Shown one piece after another: positions 7,716 to 16,527 of a stretch of DNA of 24,740 nt. Origin of the DNA: a virus (Duplodnaviria; Caudoviricetes); the IMG/VR virus record IMGVR_UViG_3300020200_000168, positions 1 through 24,740 of that record; one strand, 5' to 3'. The notes below the pieces were generated by a model. It saw nothing but the letters and a program-made list of their open reading frames with translations. It had not been told where the DNA came from and did no database searches. Both the position numbers and the translations under genes were made by a program. Position 1 is the first letter of the stretch, and each line of letters opens with the position of its first letter.

Positions 7716-10097
7716 TTACGCGGCGAGCACGCCGGGTTTGCGACCGCTGGCGGTGGCGGCGAGCTGGATGCTGTTGACCTCGACCCGCCCGGCGGTTCCG
7801 GTGATCTTCACCTGAATCCACGCCCCGCCCTCGTTGATCGGGAAGTTCTCGGTCATCTCCTGGTGCTGGTCGAAGTTGATGCCGGCGGTGCCGAGGGTGG
7901 TGCCGGTGACGTTGTCGGGCACAACGCTGTAGTCCTGCCTGCGGGCGGTCGCCCAGTCGAGGCTGGCGTTGGTCTCGACCCAGGCGGCGGTCCCGGCGGT
8001 GTCGTAAGTCGTGCGGCTTCGGGTGCGACCGCTCACGGCGGCGAAGGACTCGTTCACGCCATCGGTCAGGGTGGTGATGCTGTAAGTGGGCGCCCAGGTC
8101 TGGAGGCTCACGAGACATTCGCGGAAACGCTTGCGGTCGGCCGGGCCGCGATAACCGCGCGTGATGAGTTCGGTCTGCACCGCTTGCTGGGTGTAACGGA
8201 TGCCGGACATGCCGTAGTCCACGTAAGCCCACGAGTTGGTGCCGTAGAAGCCCGTGGTTGAGGCGGCGCCGCCATTGATGAGCACGGTGGGGTTGGCGCC
8301 GTTGGTGGCGAGGAACCTCACGCCCCAGCTCTTCTGTTGCGGGGTGGTGTTGGGCGCAAGCCAGGGGTTGCTGCCGGACTGGTTGAAGCCGGGCTGGTTG
8401 AGCCGGTCGATCCAGATGTTGTCGCGCGCGTAACCGCCCGAGACACCCCAGCGGCCGAAACCGGCGATCGGGCCGAGATTCGTGCTGAAGCCCGTGTTCA
8501 CGAGGACCGTCGTGCCGCCGTTGACCTGCAAGGTGTCGTTGTTGGTCGGCGTGACTTCGTGCACGTAGACATCGGCGTAGTAAGCCGCCGGGGTCTTGTC
8601 GAGAATGTCGTCTTTGAACCCCTCCTCGTAGAGCCGGAGATAGCCGAAGCGGTCGAAGTAACCGAGGCGCAGCTTGTCCTGGTAGGTGAACGTGACCCAG
8701 CGATGGATGTTGAGGCCGTTGCGGGTGTCGGAAGTCTGGCGCTGGTCGAAGCCGCACCACGCCTGGTTCTGCGTGTCGTAAACGAGGACGGCGTTGTTGA
8801 CGCCCTTGAAGAGCACTTTCTTGAGGCTGGCGGTCGAGGCGGTCTCGGCGGTGCCGTTGAGCGTCACGCTCGCGCCTTGCGCGGTGAACACGTTGTCGCC
8901 GTAGACCGTCTCGGTGCCGTTGGTCAGGCTGGTGTCGGCGCTGCTGCCCTGGGCGTAGCGATACTCGGCGCCCGAGGTGACGTTGACCGTGAGCGTGCCG
9001 CCGGCGCTGTAACTGCCGCTCACGAGTTCGGCGTCGAGCAGCTCGGCGTTGTCGAGCGGCACGGCCATGTAGAGCTTGCCGTCCCAGTAAGCGGCGACCG
9101 CGCCCGAGCCGCCGTTGCGACCGGCGGCGTAAGGCCAGTTGACGCGGTCCATGGTGCGCTCCATCGGGGCGCTCAGGATGGCTTGCGTGCTCTGGATCTG
9201 GTTCAACTCGGTGAGCTTGAGCGTCACGATCCCCTTCTCGGAAAGCCAGGCGAGGTCGTTGCCCATGCGCACGACGCTCCACGGGCTGACGCAACCGTAT
9301 TCGTTCGTCACGTCGCCGAGGCGGACGGAGGAGAGGTCGCCGTAGACGTTATCGACGCGGAGGATGCTCTGGTCCTTGAACATGATGAGCGTGGTGTCGG
9401 TGAACGGGGCGATGGCCACGAGCGCGTCGTTGTTGCCCTTGTTGATCTTGAACTCGCTGAGCACGGGCGTGTAACGGGTGTAGTCGAGCAGGTCGCTCAC
9501 GGCCACCTCGTCGCGGTCCTTGATGACAAGCAGCCGGTTCTTGTAGTAGAGCCCGAACGAACTGTTGGAGATGGCTTGCGTGCCCGTGCCCGAGGCGGTC
9601 TGGGCGATGGCCTTGAAGCCCTCGTCGAGCGAGGTGCAGACCAGCGGCGCTTCGTCGGCCCCGCGCAGGAGCACGAGCACGTTCATGCACTGGACGAACT
9701 GCACGCAGGTCGAGGCCGAGAGCGCGGCGGCGCCCGAGGGCAGGGTGGTGGTGAGCAGCTTGCCGTCGTTGTTCGGGCGCAGGGCGTAGATGGCGGGCGA
9801 GCCGCCGGTCGTGCCGGCCACGACGATCCATTCGAGCCCGTCGTCCGGGTTGGCGAACACGGCGGCGCAATACGTCTCGGTGAAGGTCGTCTGGCCGCCG
9901 TCGGGCATCCACTGGCAGATGGCGTCTCCAAGCCGGGGCTCGGCGCGCTTGTTGCGGAAGCGCATGTTGACCGCGCGCGCGACCATGCCGGGGCGGAGAT
10001 GAGGCGCGTAAGTGCGCTCGTCCACGCCGATGAACTCGGCGTCGCCCTCGACGCCCCAGGGGGCGTCCTGCTGGCCGATGGGAGTCTGGTTCTTCAC
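7716..10097 (-). CDS. Tail nozzle / tubular protein B-like (beta-propeller), 793 aa
   Basis: The probable start is the GTG at 10097 overlapping the upstream TGA. Motifs ARAVNMRF, YYKNRLLV, VAVSDLLD, LIMFKDQSI, EYGCVSPWSVV, LAWLSEKGI and NAVLVYDTQNQAW are typical of podovirus nozzle (T7 gp12 / P22 gp10-like) proteins. Confidence 0.8.
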   Translation of the reverse strand: MKNQTPIGQQDAPWGVEGDAEFIGVDERTYAPHLRPGMVARAVNMRFRNKRAEPRLGDAICQWMPDGGQTTFTETYCAAVFANPDDGLEWIVVAGTTGGSPAIYALRPNNDGKLLTTTLPSGAAALSASTCVQFVQCMNVLVLLRGADEAPLVCTSLDEGFKAIAQTASGTGTQAISNSSFGLYYKNRLLVIKDRDEVAVSDLLDYTRYTPVLSEFKINKGNNDALVAIAPFTDTTLIMFKDQSILRVDNVYGDLSSVRLGDVTNEYGCVSPWSVVRMGNDLAWLSEKGIVTLKLTELNQIQSTQAILSAPMERTMDRVNWPYAAGRNGGSGAVAAYWDGKLYMAVPLDNAELLDAELVSGSYSAGGTLTVNVTSGAEYRYAQGSSADTSLTNGTETVYGDNVFTAQGASVTLNGTAETASTASLKKVLFKGVNNAVLVYDTQNQAWCGFDQRQTSDTRNGLNIHRWVTFTYQDKLRLGYFDRFGYLRLYEEGFKDDILDKTPAAYYADVYVHEVTPTNNDTLQVNGGTTVLVNTGFSTNLGPIAGFGRWGVSGGYARDNIWIDRLNQPGFNQSGSNPWLAPNTTPQQKSWGVRFLATNGANPTVLINGGAASTTGFYGTNSWAYVDYGMSGIRYTQQAVQTELITRGYRGPADRKRFRECLVSLQTWAPTYSITTLTDGVNESFAAVSGRTRSRTTYDTAGTAAWVETNASLDWATARRQDYSVVPDNVTGTTLGTAGINFDQHQEMTENFPINEGGAWIQVKITGTAGRVEVNSIQLAATASGRKPGVLAA

Positions 10098-10756
10098 GTC
10101 TTGCGGGTGAGTTCCTGCACCTTGGCGTCGAGCGCCTGGTGGGTTTTCCAGAGCTGGGCCATCTCGGAAATCTTGGCCTTCACGTCGTCGTTCTTGGCGG
10201 CCTCGACGCCGGCGATGACGGTCTCGAGCAACTCGTTCTTGGCGGTGGCGTCCTGCAAGGCGCGGGCAGCCTTGACGGTCTTGAGGCGGGCGACCCAGCC
10301 GAGCACGCCGGACACGGCGAGCAGCGCCATGTTGACGAAAGGCGCGGTGGGCGTGGGGTTGACCGCGGTGTTGACCGTGCGGACCGTCTCGATCGCGCCG
10401 GTGAGGGCGGGGGCGACGGTGGTCACGACGTTGGTCACGTAGTTCGTGAGCGTGACGGCGGGCTGGACCTGCACGAGCACGTTGGTGACGAGGACGGGCC
10501 CGGCCGGGGTGGTGTTGGTGAGCACGACGGTGGTCGTGTTGGTCTGGGCGGGGAGGACGCGGACTTGCTCGACCACGTTGGTGGTGGTGACGAACGGGTG
10601 TTTGAGCGCGGCGAACGTGCCGCAACCCGAGCCGGACAGGGCGACGGCGATGAGCAGGACCCAGAGCGCGATGAGCACGATGAGCGCGGCGATCTCGGCG
10701 CGGTTCCAGTTCTTCCCGTTCTTGAGTTTGAAGCGGAAGGGCATGGCTGGGTTCAT
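10094..10756 (-). CDS. Membrane/lipoprotein, possible spanin- or holin-like lysis protein, 220 aa
   Basis: Start at ATG 10756 (ATGA overlap). A hydrophobic segment ends in a lipobox-like LSGSGC, followed by a Thr/Asn/Val-rich beta region, a second hydrophobic segment (FVNMALLAVSGVLGWVA) and a C-terminal coiled coil. Confidence 0.55.
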   Translation of the reverse strand: MNPAMPFRFKLKNGKNWNRAEIAALIVLIALWVLLIAVALSGSGCGTFAALKHPFVTTTNVVEQVRVLPAQTNTTTVVLTNTTPAGPVLVTNVLVQVQPAVTLTNYVTNVVTTVAPALTGAIETVRTVNTAVNPTPTAPFVNMALLAVSGVLGWVARLKTVKAARALQDATAKNELLETVIAGVEAAKNDDVKAKISEMAQLWKTHQALDAKVQELTRKT

Positions 10757-11073
10757 TTGGTCGCCGGAAGATATTTGACCAGCCAGCCGCCGACCGTGGC
10801 GAGGAGGACGATGGCCCCGGCGAGCTTCCACCGGAACTCCTTGAGTTCATCCAGCTTGCTGGTGATGCGGCCAAACTCGAGCTTGTCGTCCATCTCGTGC
10901 TTGACCTGCCATGTGAGGCTGGCGTTGAGGTTGGCGGCGTTGGTGATCTGCTGCTCGTGGATTTCCTTCACGTTGCGCTCGACGCGGCGCAAGGTGTCGG
11001 TGTTGTTGCCGATGGCGAGTTCAAACCGCGCCACCACGGCGTCCAGCGAGTCGGGGTTGATTTGGTCGCTCAT
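10753..11073 (-). CDS. Small coiled-coil protein with C-terminal TM helix (holin/XhlA-like), 106 aa
   Basis: Start at ATG 11073 (ATGA overlap); coiled coil followed by WKLAGAIVLLATVGGWLV. Confidence 0.6.
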   Translation of the reverse strand: MSDQINPDSLDAVVARFELAIGNNTDTLRRVERNVKEIHEQQITNAANLNASLTWQVKHEMDDKLEFGRITSKLDELKEFRWKLAGAIVLLATVGGWLVKYLPATK

Positions 11074-12335
11074 GATTTGCGCCACAAAAGGCTTGTCACA
11101 TACACGGTGTTTCCAGCGTCCGCAGTCTGCCATTGCCATGTCAGGTCGAGGGTCTGCGCGGCTGTGGTGTCCACCTCGAGCGTGCCGGTGTAGAAGTTGG
11201 GCGTCACCGACTCAACCCATGTCCCGCGCCAAGTGCCGTTTGTGCCCGCCGCCTCGCACATGACCTGGTTGTCCACAAAGGCAATCACAACAGCCGAAAG
11301 GTTGGCCGGCGGGGTGAAGGCTGCCGTCACAATCGTGCCTCCTGCCGTCTTCACCCGGATCGTCACCGTGCCGGGCACCGCGGTGGTGGTCAGTAAAACC
11401 ACCAACCGCAGCCCCAAGGTGCCGTAAAGAGGAAGGCCGTTCGCCGGGACGATGTTTGTGCCGTAGTTCAGCGATCCGATCAGGCTGGTCTCGGTCGTCG
11501 TGTTTCCCACCGTGACTCCGCTCGTCTCGAAGCCGAACGGCACCGTGCTCTGTGGCGAAACGTCGCCGACCTGCCCGTAGCTCGATCCGTTGGCGTTGCG
11601 GTAGATGGCCGAGATCTCCGCAAGCGATAGCGGCCGCTTCCAGATGGCGAACTCGTCCACGTCACCCTCGCTTCCGGTGCCGGTGTAGTTGCCGACCCCG
11701 ATGTCCTTGGGGTCCGTGGTGGTGGCAATGGCCGTGATGCCCGAGGCGGTCGACACCGCCGTGGTGTTCACGTAAAGCGTCACCTTGGCGTTGGGCTGGT
11801 CGTAGACGGCAGTCAGCAAATACCACGTGCCGAGGGTCAGGTTCGTCGTGTGGTCGTAGTTGTTGGTCCAGTCCGTGCCGGAGGTGGACACGCGAAAGCG
11901 GAAGCGCAAGTTGCCGCCCGTCGATCGCACGATGGCTTCGTAGAACGCCACGCCGCCTCCCAGGAGGCCGCCCACGCCGAAGTGCTCGCCCGAGACGATC
12001 ACGTTGGGCTTGACCCACGCCTGCAAGGTCATCGAGCCGGGGCAGTTGATCTCGGTGGTGACGGCCTTGGAAAGAAAACTTTGTGTGCCCTCGCAGCGAA
12101 TTGCTTTGGCGCCCACCTTGCCCGTGATGGCCGTGACGTTGCCATACTGGAAGAGGTTTCCCACAAGGCCCGTCGAGTCAACCCGCGGGTCGGCGGATTC
12201 GTCGAGCTTGTAGTAGCAAAGCAAGCCGTCGTCAGGCCCCTTGGCCATCTGCGCGTCCACATAGTTCGCGTTGGCCAAACCCGTGCCGGTGGTGGGTTCG
12301 GTGTTCGGGAGTCCGCCCAAAATGAAGCTGCTCAC
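11070..12335 (-). CDS. LamG/concanavalin-A-like domain virion protein, 421 aa
   Basis: Motifs GLLCYYKLDE, ITGKVG, MTLQAWVKP, GTWYLLTAVYD, VTLYVN and GDVDEFAIWKRPLSLAEISAIY match a LamG-like jelly roll. Confidence 0.85.
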   Translation of the reverse strand: MSSFILGGLPNTEPTTGTGLANANYVDAQMAKGPDDGLLCYYKLDESADPRVDSTGLVGNLFQYGNVTAITGKVGAKAIRCEGTQSFLSKAVTTEINCPGSMTLQAWVKPNVIVSGEHFGVGGLLGGGVAFYEAIVRSTGGNLRFRFRVSTSGTDWTNNYDHTTNLTLGTWYLLTAVYDQPNAKVTLYVNTTAVSTASGITAIATTTDPKDIGVGNYTGTGSEGDVDEFAIWKRPLSLAEISAIYRNANGSSYGQVGDVSPQSTVPFGFETSGVTVGNTTTETSLIGSLNYGTNIVPANGLPLYGTLGLRLVVLLTTTAVPGTVTIRVKTAGGTIVTAAFTPPANLSAVVIAFVDNQVMCEAAGTNGTWRGTWVESVTPNFYTGTLEVDTTAAQTLDLTWQWQTADAGNTVYVTSLLWRKS

Positions 12336-12499
12336 GGTGTGGGGTCCTTGGGGTTGTGGCCCGGCTTGTCGAGCCCCAGCTTGCGCCAGAGCCAGCCGGG
12401 AGCCTTCTTGTCGGGCTTGGGCGCGGACTTCGCTTCGGGCTTCGGCTCCGCGCCGGAGCAGAAGCCCTTGATCGCCTTGGTGCCAATGAAGGCGCTCAT
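12332..12499 (-). CDS. Small basic hypothetical protein, 55 aa
   Basis: MSAFIGTKAIKGFCSG...KDPTP fills the gap exactly, with ATGA and GTGA overlaps on both sides. Confidence 0.55.
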   Translation of the reverse strand: MSAFIGTKAIKGFCSGAEPKPEAKSAPKPDKKAPGWLWRKLGLDKPGHNPKDPTP

Positions 12500-13179
12500 G
12501 CCGCGGTCGTGTAGTAGAACCTCATGCTCACATCCACCGCCGCGCTCGAGGCGACGGTGAAGGCCGTGTTGACCGCCTCCGACGTGAACCACGCACCGCC
12601 GCCGGGGATGGGGTCCTTGATGACGCCGCCGTTGGCGCCGAGGAAGTAGCGGGCCACGGTGGTGGCGTTGTCGGTGAGGGTGATGGTGGTCGCGCCCGCG
12701 ACCATGATTTCGTAGGCGAAGATGCGGTGCTTCTGCGCGGCGACCGCCGCGATGTTGATGAGCGTGCCGCCGGCCGCGGAGTTCGCGGCGACCTCGGTGT
12801 AGGCGGTGACACTCGTCTGCATACCGAGGACGCTGAGCGTGGTGGAGCGGCCCTTGACCGTGATGGTGCCGGCCGTCCACGCCGAGATGCGGCACCGGAG
12901 ATAGTGCAGGCCGGTGGTGTTGACGTAGTAAAGGCCGTCGGCGGTCGCGGTGGTGGCCGCCGAGCCGGAGGTCATGTTGATGGCGAGCACCGAGACGTAG
13001 TTCGTCTCGTCCACGCTTCCCTCGAAGGTGATGGTGGCGGTGGTGATGCCCTTGACTTGCACGAGGCACGCGCTCGCGCCCTCGACGGTGAGCACCGTGC
13101 CGTTGCCCGTGGCCACGGCCGCGTCTTGAAACGTGCATTCACTGTTGCGACCCGCCGCCCTGACTGTCGGTTGTGACAT
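12496..13179 (-). CDS. Virion structural protein (beta-sandwich), 227 aa
   Basis: Thr/Ala/Val-rich (VQVKGITTATITFEGSVDETNY, LRCRISAWTAGTITV); located in the tail region. Confidence 0.65.
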   Translation of the reverse strand: MSQPTVRAAGRNSECTFQDAAVATGNGTVLTVEGASACLVQVKGITTATITFEGSVDETNYVSVLAINMTSGSAATTATADGLYYVNTTGLHYLRCRISAWTAGTITVKGRSTTLSVLGMQTSVTAYTEVAANSAAGGTLINIAAVAAQKHRIFAYEIMVAGATTITLTDNATTVARYFLGANGGVIKDPIPGGGAWFTSEAVNTAFTVASSAAVDVSMRFYYTTAA

Positions 13180-13225
13180 AGCCTTGTGTCCTCTTCTAGT
13201 CGTTGTTGTTGGTTGTCTTCAGAGT

Positions 13226-14470
13226 CTAATACGTGCCCACGGCGACCCGGCCGCCTTGGGACTGGTAGTTGTAAAGTTTCTGCGCCTCGACGGTCAGCGC
13301 GTCGGCGGCCATCTGGTCCATAAGCGCGGCGCGGTCGGGCTGGCCGTCCATGCGAAGCGCGTCGGCCACGGTGCCGTAGGCAAGGTAGTTCTGGAAGATG
13401 AGCGGGATCTGCGCCTTGACCCACTTGTCGGGATGCGTGGTCGGGCTCTGTCCGGCCGAGGTGGCGCTCACGCACGTCCAGTAATTCTTGGTGGTGCCGA
13501 CGGTGAAGAGCACCTGGTCGTCCACGGCGTAGGTCGAAGTGCTGGAGTAGTCAGACCCGAGCAACACCGGCCGGCGCGGCCGGTAGGTGATCCAGACCAC
13601 GGGCGTGCTCGAGACGAGGTGAACGCCGTCGTCCACCAGCTCGAAGTCATACTCGGTGTAAGTGCGCGTGAGCCGCGGGTTGCCGCTCGTGCAGCGCAAC
13701 ACCTCGGCGATGGGCTCGATGTAAGGCGTGGCGGTGATGGTGCCGGTCGCCGGGCTGGAAGGCGCGTTGCTGACGGTGAAGGTGAACACGGTTCCGCTCG
13801 TGACCGTGACAGTGTAGCGGCCATTGTAAGCCGACTCGTTGGCCCCGGCGATGAGCACGCGGTCGCCCGTGGCGAGCAGATGGTTGATGGCCGTGATGCA
13901 GGTCGCGGTGGTCGAACTGCGCGTGAGAGCGGAGACACTGATCGCGGCAGCGGTCTGGTCGAGCGCGATGGAGCGCTCGAACTCGCGCAGGAGACCCCAG
14001 TAGGTCGCGTTGGTCGGCACGTTGTTGGTGCTCGCGGTGTGGCACTGGTAACGCTGGCCGGTCGTGGGATAATAGACCTGCTGGCCAACGGTGTAAGCCG
14101 TGGTCGAGCTGTAATCCGACCCGCCGTAGCTCGCGGCGCAGAGCGCCCAATAGGCGGAGTTCTCCACGTCCGAACTGTCGGCCGGGGTTTGGTTGGAGTT
14201 GGACCGCAACGCCTGGTAATAACCGTTCGCGCTCGTGTAATACACCTCGTCGCCCGGGGCGTAGGTGGTCGAGGAGTTCCATTCGCGCCGGAACTTGCGC
14301 CACTCGGAGCGCTTGATCTCGGGCCAGTATTCGGCCTCCCACGCGAGCGCGAGGCGGCGGTCGATCAAGCCGCGCAGCCGGACCGCGAGCGCCGAGTCGA
14401 GATTGTCATAGCTCTCGCCATAGAGGTCCACCGCCGTCCTCAACACCGTGCTGTAGTCCGTGGTGTTCAT
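13226..14470 (-). CDS. Putative head-tail adaptor with three CBM5/12-like repeats and a beta-barrel insert, 414 aa
   Basis: Start at ATG 14470 (ATGA overlap). Helical N- and C-termini (LAWEAEYWPE; IPLIFQNYLAYGTVADALRMDGQPDRA) resemble podovirus adaptors. Inserts are WNSSTTYAPGDEVYY, YSSTTAYTVGQQVYY, YSSTSTYAVDDQVLF and HLLATGDRVLIAGANESAYNG.YTVTV. Confidence 0.65.
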   Translation of the reverse strand: MNTTDYSTVLRTAVDLYGESYDNLDSALAVRLRGLIDRRLALAWEAEYWPEIKRSEWRKFRREWNSSTTYAPGDEVYYTSANGYYQALRSNSNQTPADSSDVENSAYWALCAASYGGSDYSSTTAYTVGQQVYYPTTGQRYQCHTASTNNVPTNATYWGLLREFERSIALDQTAAAISVSALTRSSTTATCITAINHLLATGDRVLIAGANESAYNGRYTVTVTSGTVFTFTVSNAPSSPATGTITATPYIEPIAEVLRCTSGNPRLTRTYTEYDFELVDDGVHLVSSTPVVWITYRPRRPVLLGSDYSSTSTYAVDDQVLFTVGTTKNYWTCVSATSAGQSPTTHPDKWVKAQIPLIFQNYLAYGTVADALRMDGQPDRAALMDQMAADALTVEAQKLYNYQSQGGRVAVGTY

Positions 14471-14880
14471 GCGGCGTTGGTGGTCGCGGCGGGATAGACC
14501 TTGTGAAAGCGCGAGGGGTTGGTGGGGGTGAAGGTGACGCCGGCGGGCTGAAACCCGACCTGCTGGGGCTTGATGCCCCTGGCATGGATCCGGGCGCCCT
14601 CGTTGTCGCGCCAGAACTCCTTGAGGAACTGCTTGTCCTTCCAGCAACGATAGCCGAGGCGCTTGCCCCAGTAGTGATAGGCGTATTGGTCGACCTCGAG
14701 CACGGGGCGGCCGAGGCCCTTGAGACTGCGGCGGTCGCCGAGGGCGTGCTGGGCGCGGGCGACCTTCTGCTGGCGGAGCCGGGCCATGGCGTGCTGGGCG
14801 GTGTGCTCGTTCTTGAGGCAGCGGTTGAGCTTCTCAATCATCTCGCCGGTGAAATTGGCCGTGCTGTTGAGGGTGCTCAT
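14467..14880 (-). CDS. Phage hypothetical protein, 137 aa
   Basis: Natural-looking ORF (YHYWGKRLGYRCWKDKQFLKEFWRDN) between the capsid genes and the adaptor. Confidence 0.75.
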   Translation of the reverse strand: MSTLNSTANFTGEMIEKLNRCLKNEHTAQHAMARLRQQKVARAQHALGDRRSLKGLGRPVLEVDQYAYHYWGKRLGYRCWKDKQFLKEFWRDNEGARIHARGIKPQQVGFQPAGVTFTPTNPSRFHKVYPAATTNAA

Positions 14881-14912
14881 GGCTGCCTCGGATGCCGCCC
14901 GCCGGGCGGAAG

Positions 14913-14947
14913 GGCCCCGGCGCGCCTGGGTCGTGCGCGCCGGGGCC
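14913..14947 (-). terminator. GC-rich hairpin after the capsid/decoration genes (terminator or mRNA stabiliser)
   Basis: Perfect 13-bp stem GGCCCCGGCGCGC / GCGCGCCGGGGCC with a 9-nt loop, plus a second small hairpin at 14895-14909. There is no clear U-tract. Confidence 0.5.
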
Positions 14948-14961
14948 GTGGTGGGCTCCGC

Positions 14962-15444
14962 TTACGAGGCCACGCCGGTGCGGAGCGCGGCCAGGTCGGT
15001 GATGGCCAGGTAGACCTCGAGCGAGCCGGCGGTCACGCTGGTGAGCGCGCCCGCGCCCGCGGTCACGATGAGGTCGATCGTGTTGGCGGCGTTGTAGGTG
15101 ACGGGCTTGGTCGCAATGGCGTTCTCGACATACGCGGCCGTCTTGATGGTGGTGCTGGCGAACAGGCGGTCGTCGTCGCCGTCATCGCCGATGATGGCCA
15201 CGAGCGTGCCGGGCGCGAACGTGAACGCAGTGGCCACGTTGACCACGCAGCGCTCGACGCGGAAACCCGCGGAGAAGGTGCTGCTGGTGGCGCCGAGCGC
15301 GTTGCCGGGGAAGATCGCCTGCAACGTGCCGGAGGTCATGGTGGCGACGCCGGTGTAGTCCACGACGATCTTGTGGGTGAAGCCGTGCCGAGCGATTTCA
15401 TTCTCGGAGAACGGCGTGATGGTGAGTCCTGTGAGGTTTGCCAT
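14962..15444 (-). CDS. Putative capsid decoration/cement protein, 160 aa
   Basis: Directly follows the capsid gene; beta-rich (VVNVATAF, IIGDDGDDDRL, TAGSLEVYL). Confidence 0.65.
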   Translation of the reverse strand: MANLTGLTITPFSENEIARHGFTHKIVVDYTGVATMTSGTLQAIFPGNALGATSSTFSAGFRVERCVVNVATAFTFAPGTLVAIIGDDGDDDRLFASTTIKTAAYVENAIATKPVTYNAANTIDLIVTAGAGALTSVTAGSLEVYLAITDLAALRTGVAS

Positions 15445-15494
15445 AGGTCAGGGTTGGGTATGGGTTGGAGTGGTGAGTTGTGTCCTGCCGTGGC

Positions 15495-16484
15495 TTACGG
15501 TTTGAACTTGCCGAACGCGCGGGGGTTGTCGACGCGCAGACCGGCGATGGCGCGGCACAGGATGCGGGGACCGCCGCCCAGGTCGGGCAGGCGCTCCATG
15601 GTGGGCATGCGCTGGAAGTGCAGCGCGAGCTTGTCGAAGTCGCACACGTAGCCGCGGTCGGTGTCCGTGGTCGCGCCTCCGATGAAGTTCGAGCTCACGA
15701 CTTCCATCGAGCCGTAGTCGCCGTTGTAGATGGTGCAGGTGTTGGTCACCGTCTCGCTGGCGCCGTCGTAGTTGAAGCTGCGAACCTTGGTGTTCGTGCT
15801 CGTGGTGTTGGCGACGGTGCGGGCCATGTCGGTGAAGCGCCGGCGCAGGACCGAGCCGCAGACGAGCACGTGGTCACCGTTGAACCCGTTGGAGTCGAAG
15901 ATCGCGGTGAGCATGCCCTGGATGTCCGTGTCCTCGGTCAAGCTGGCCGTGGCCGTGGTGTTGACCTGTGTGGACGGGGTGCGGAAGTTGGAGTTGACGC
16001 TGTAGAGCGTCGGCCCCGCCGTGGAGATCCACGTGTCCATGGCGCACGTGAGGTTCGCCTTGGATCCGTCATCCTCCTGCGCGTCGGCGCCGCCCAACAG
16101 GGTGGCCTCGATGTCGCGCTTGAGCTCGACGATGGACTTGCGTGTGGCCTCGACGATTTCGCCGCCGGACCCGAGGCCGGCCACGTCGCTCACGTCCTGC
16201 GCGAGGGTGGAGACCTTGGCGGTGCGGTCGAAGATCTGGAGGCGGTTCTTGAGGCGCGCGCGGTTGGCCACGGCGTTCTCGAACTCGCTGATGTCCTTGC
16301 CGTCGACACTGCCCGTCACCTTGACGTCGGCGAAGTTGTCGGCAAGCCACTCGAACAGCACGTTGGTGGCCTTGCCGACTTTCTTGATTCGGCTCGTGAA
16401 CGGCGTCTGGCGCACGTCCGCGAAGGAGATGAGGTCGGCAAGATCCTCACGTTTTCCGATTTGGGTTGCTTCGGTCAGCTGCAT
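15495..16484 (-). CDS. Major capsid protein (DUF5309/SU10-like), 329 aa
   Basis: Motifs GKREDLADLIS, QTPFTS, ATNVLFEW, NRLQIFDRTAKVS, VAG, ELKRDIEATLL and YNGDYGSMEVV. Confidence 0.9.
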   Translation of the reverse strand: MQLTEATQIGKREDLADLISFADVRQTPFTSRIKKVGKATNVLFEWLADNFADVKVTGSVDGKDISEFENAVANRARLKNRLQIFDRTAKVSTLAQDVSDVAGLGSGGEIVEATRKSIVELKRDIEATLLGGADAQEDDGSKANLTCAMDTWISTAGPTLYSVNSNFRTPSTQVNTTATASLTEDTDIQGMLTAIFDSNGFNGDHVLVCGSVLRRRFTDMARTVANTTSTNTKVRSFNYDGASETVTNTCTIYNGDYGSMEVVSSNFIGGATTDTDRGYVCDFDKLALHFQRMPTMERLPDLGGGPRILCRAIAGLRVDNPRAFGKFKP

Positions 16485-16527
16485 AATGAACTTTCTCTGT
16501 TTGCGCCGCGCTCGGTAGACCTATAGG

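Noticed and set aside
10098-10874. N-terminal extension of the 1052-aa ORF
   Set aside because: Arg/His-rich off-frame read of the lipoprotein gene; the GTGA overlap at 10097 gives a better start.
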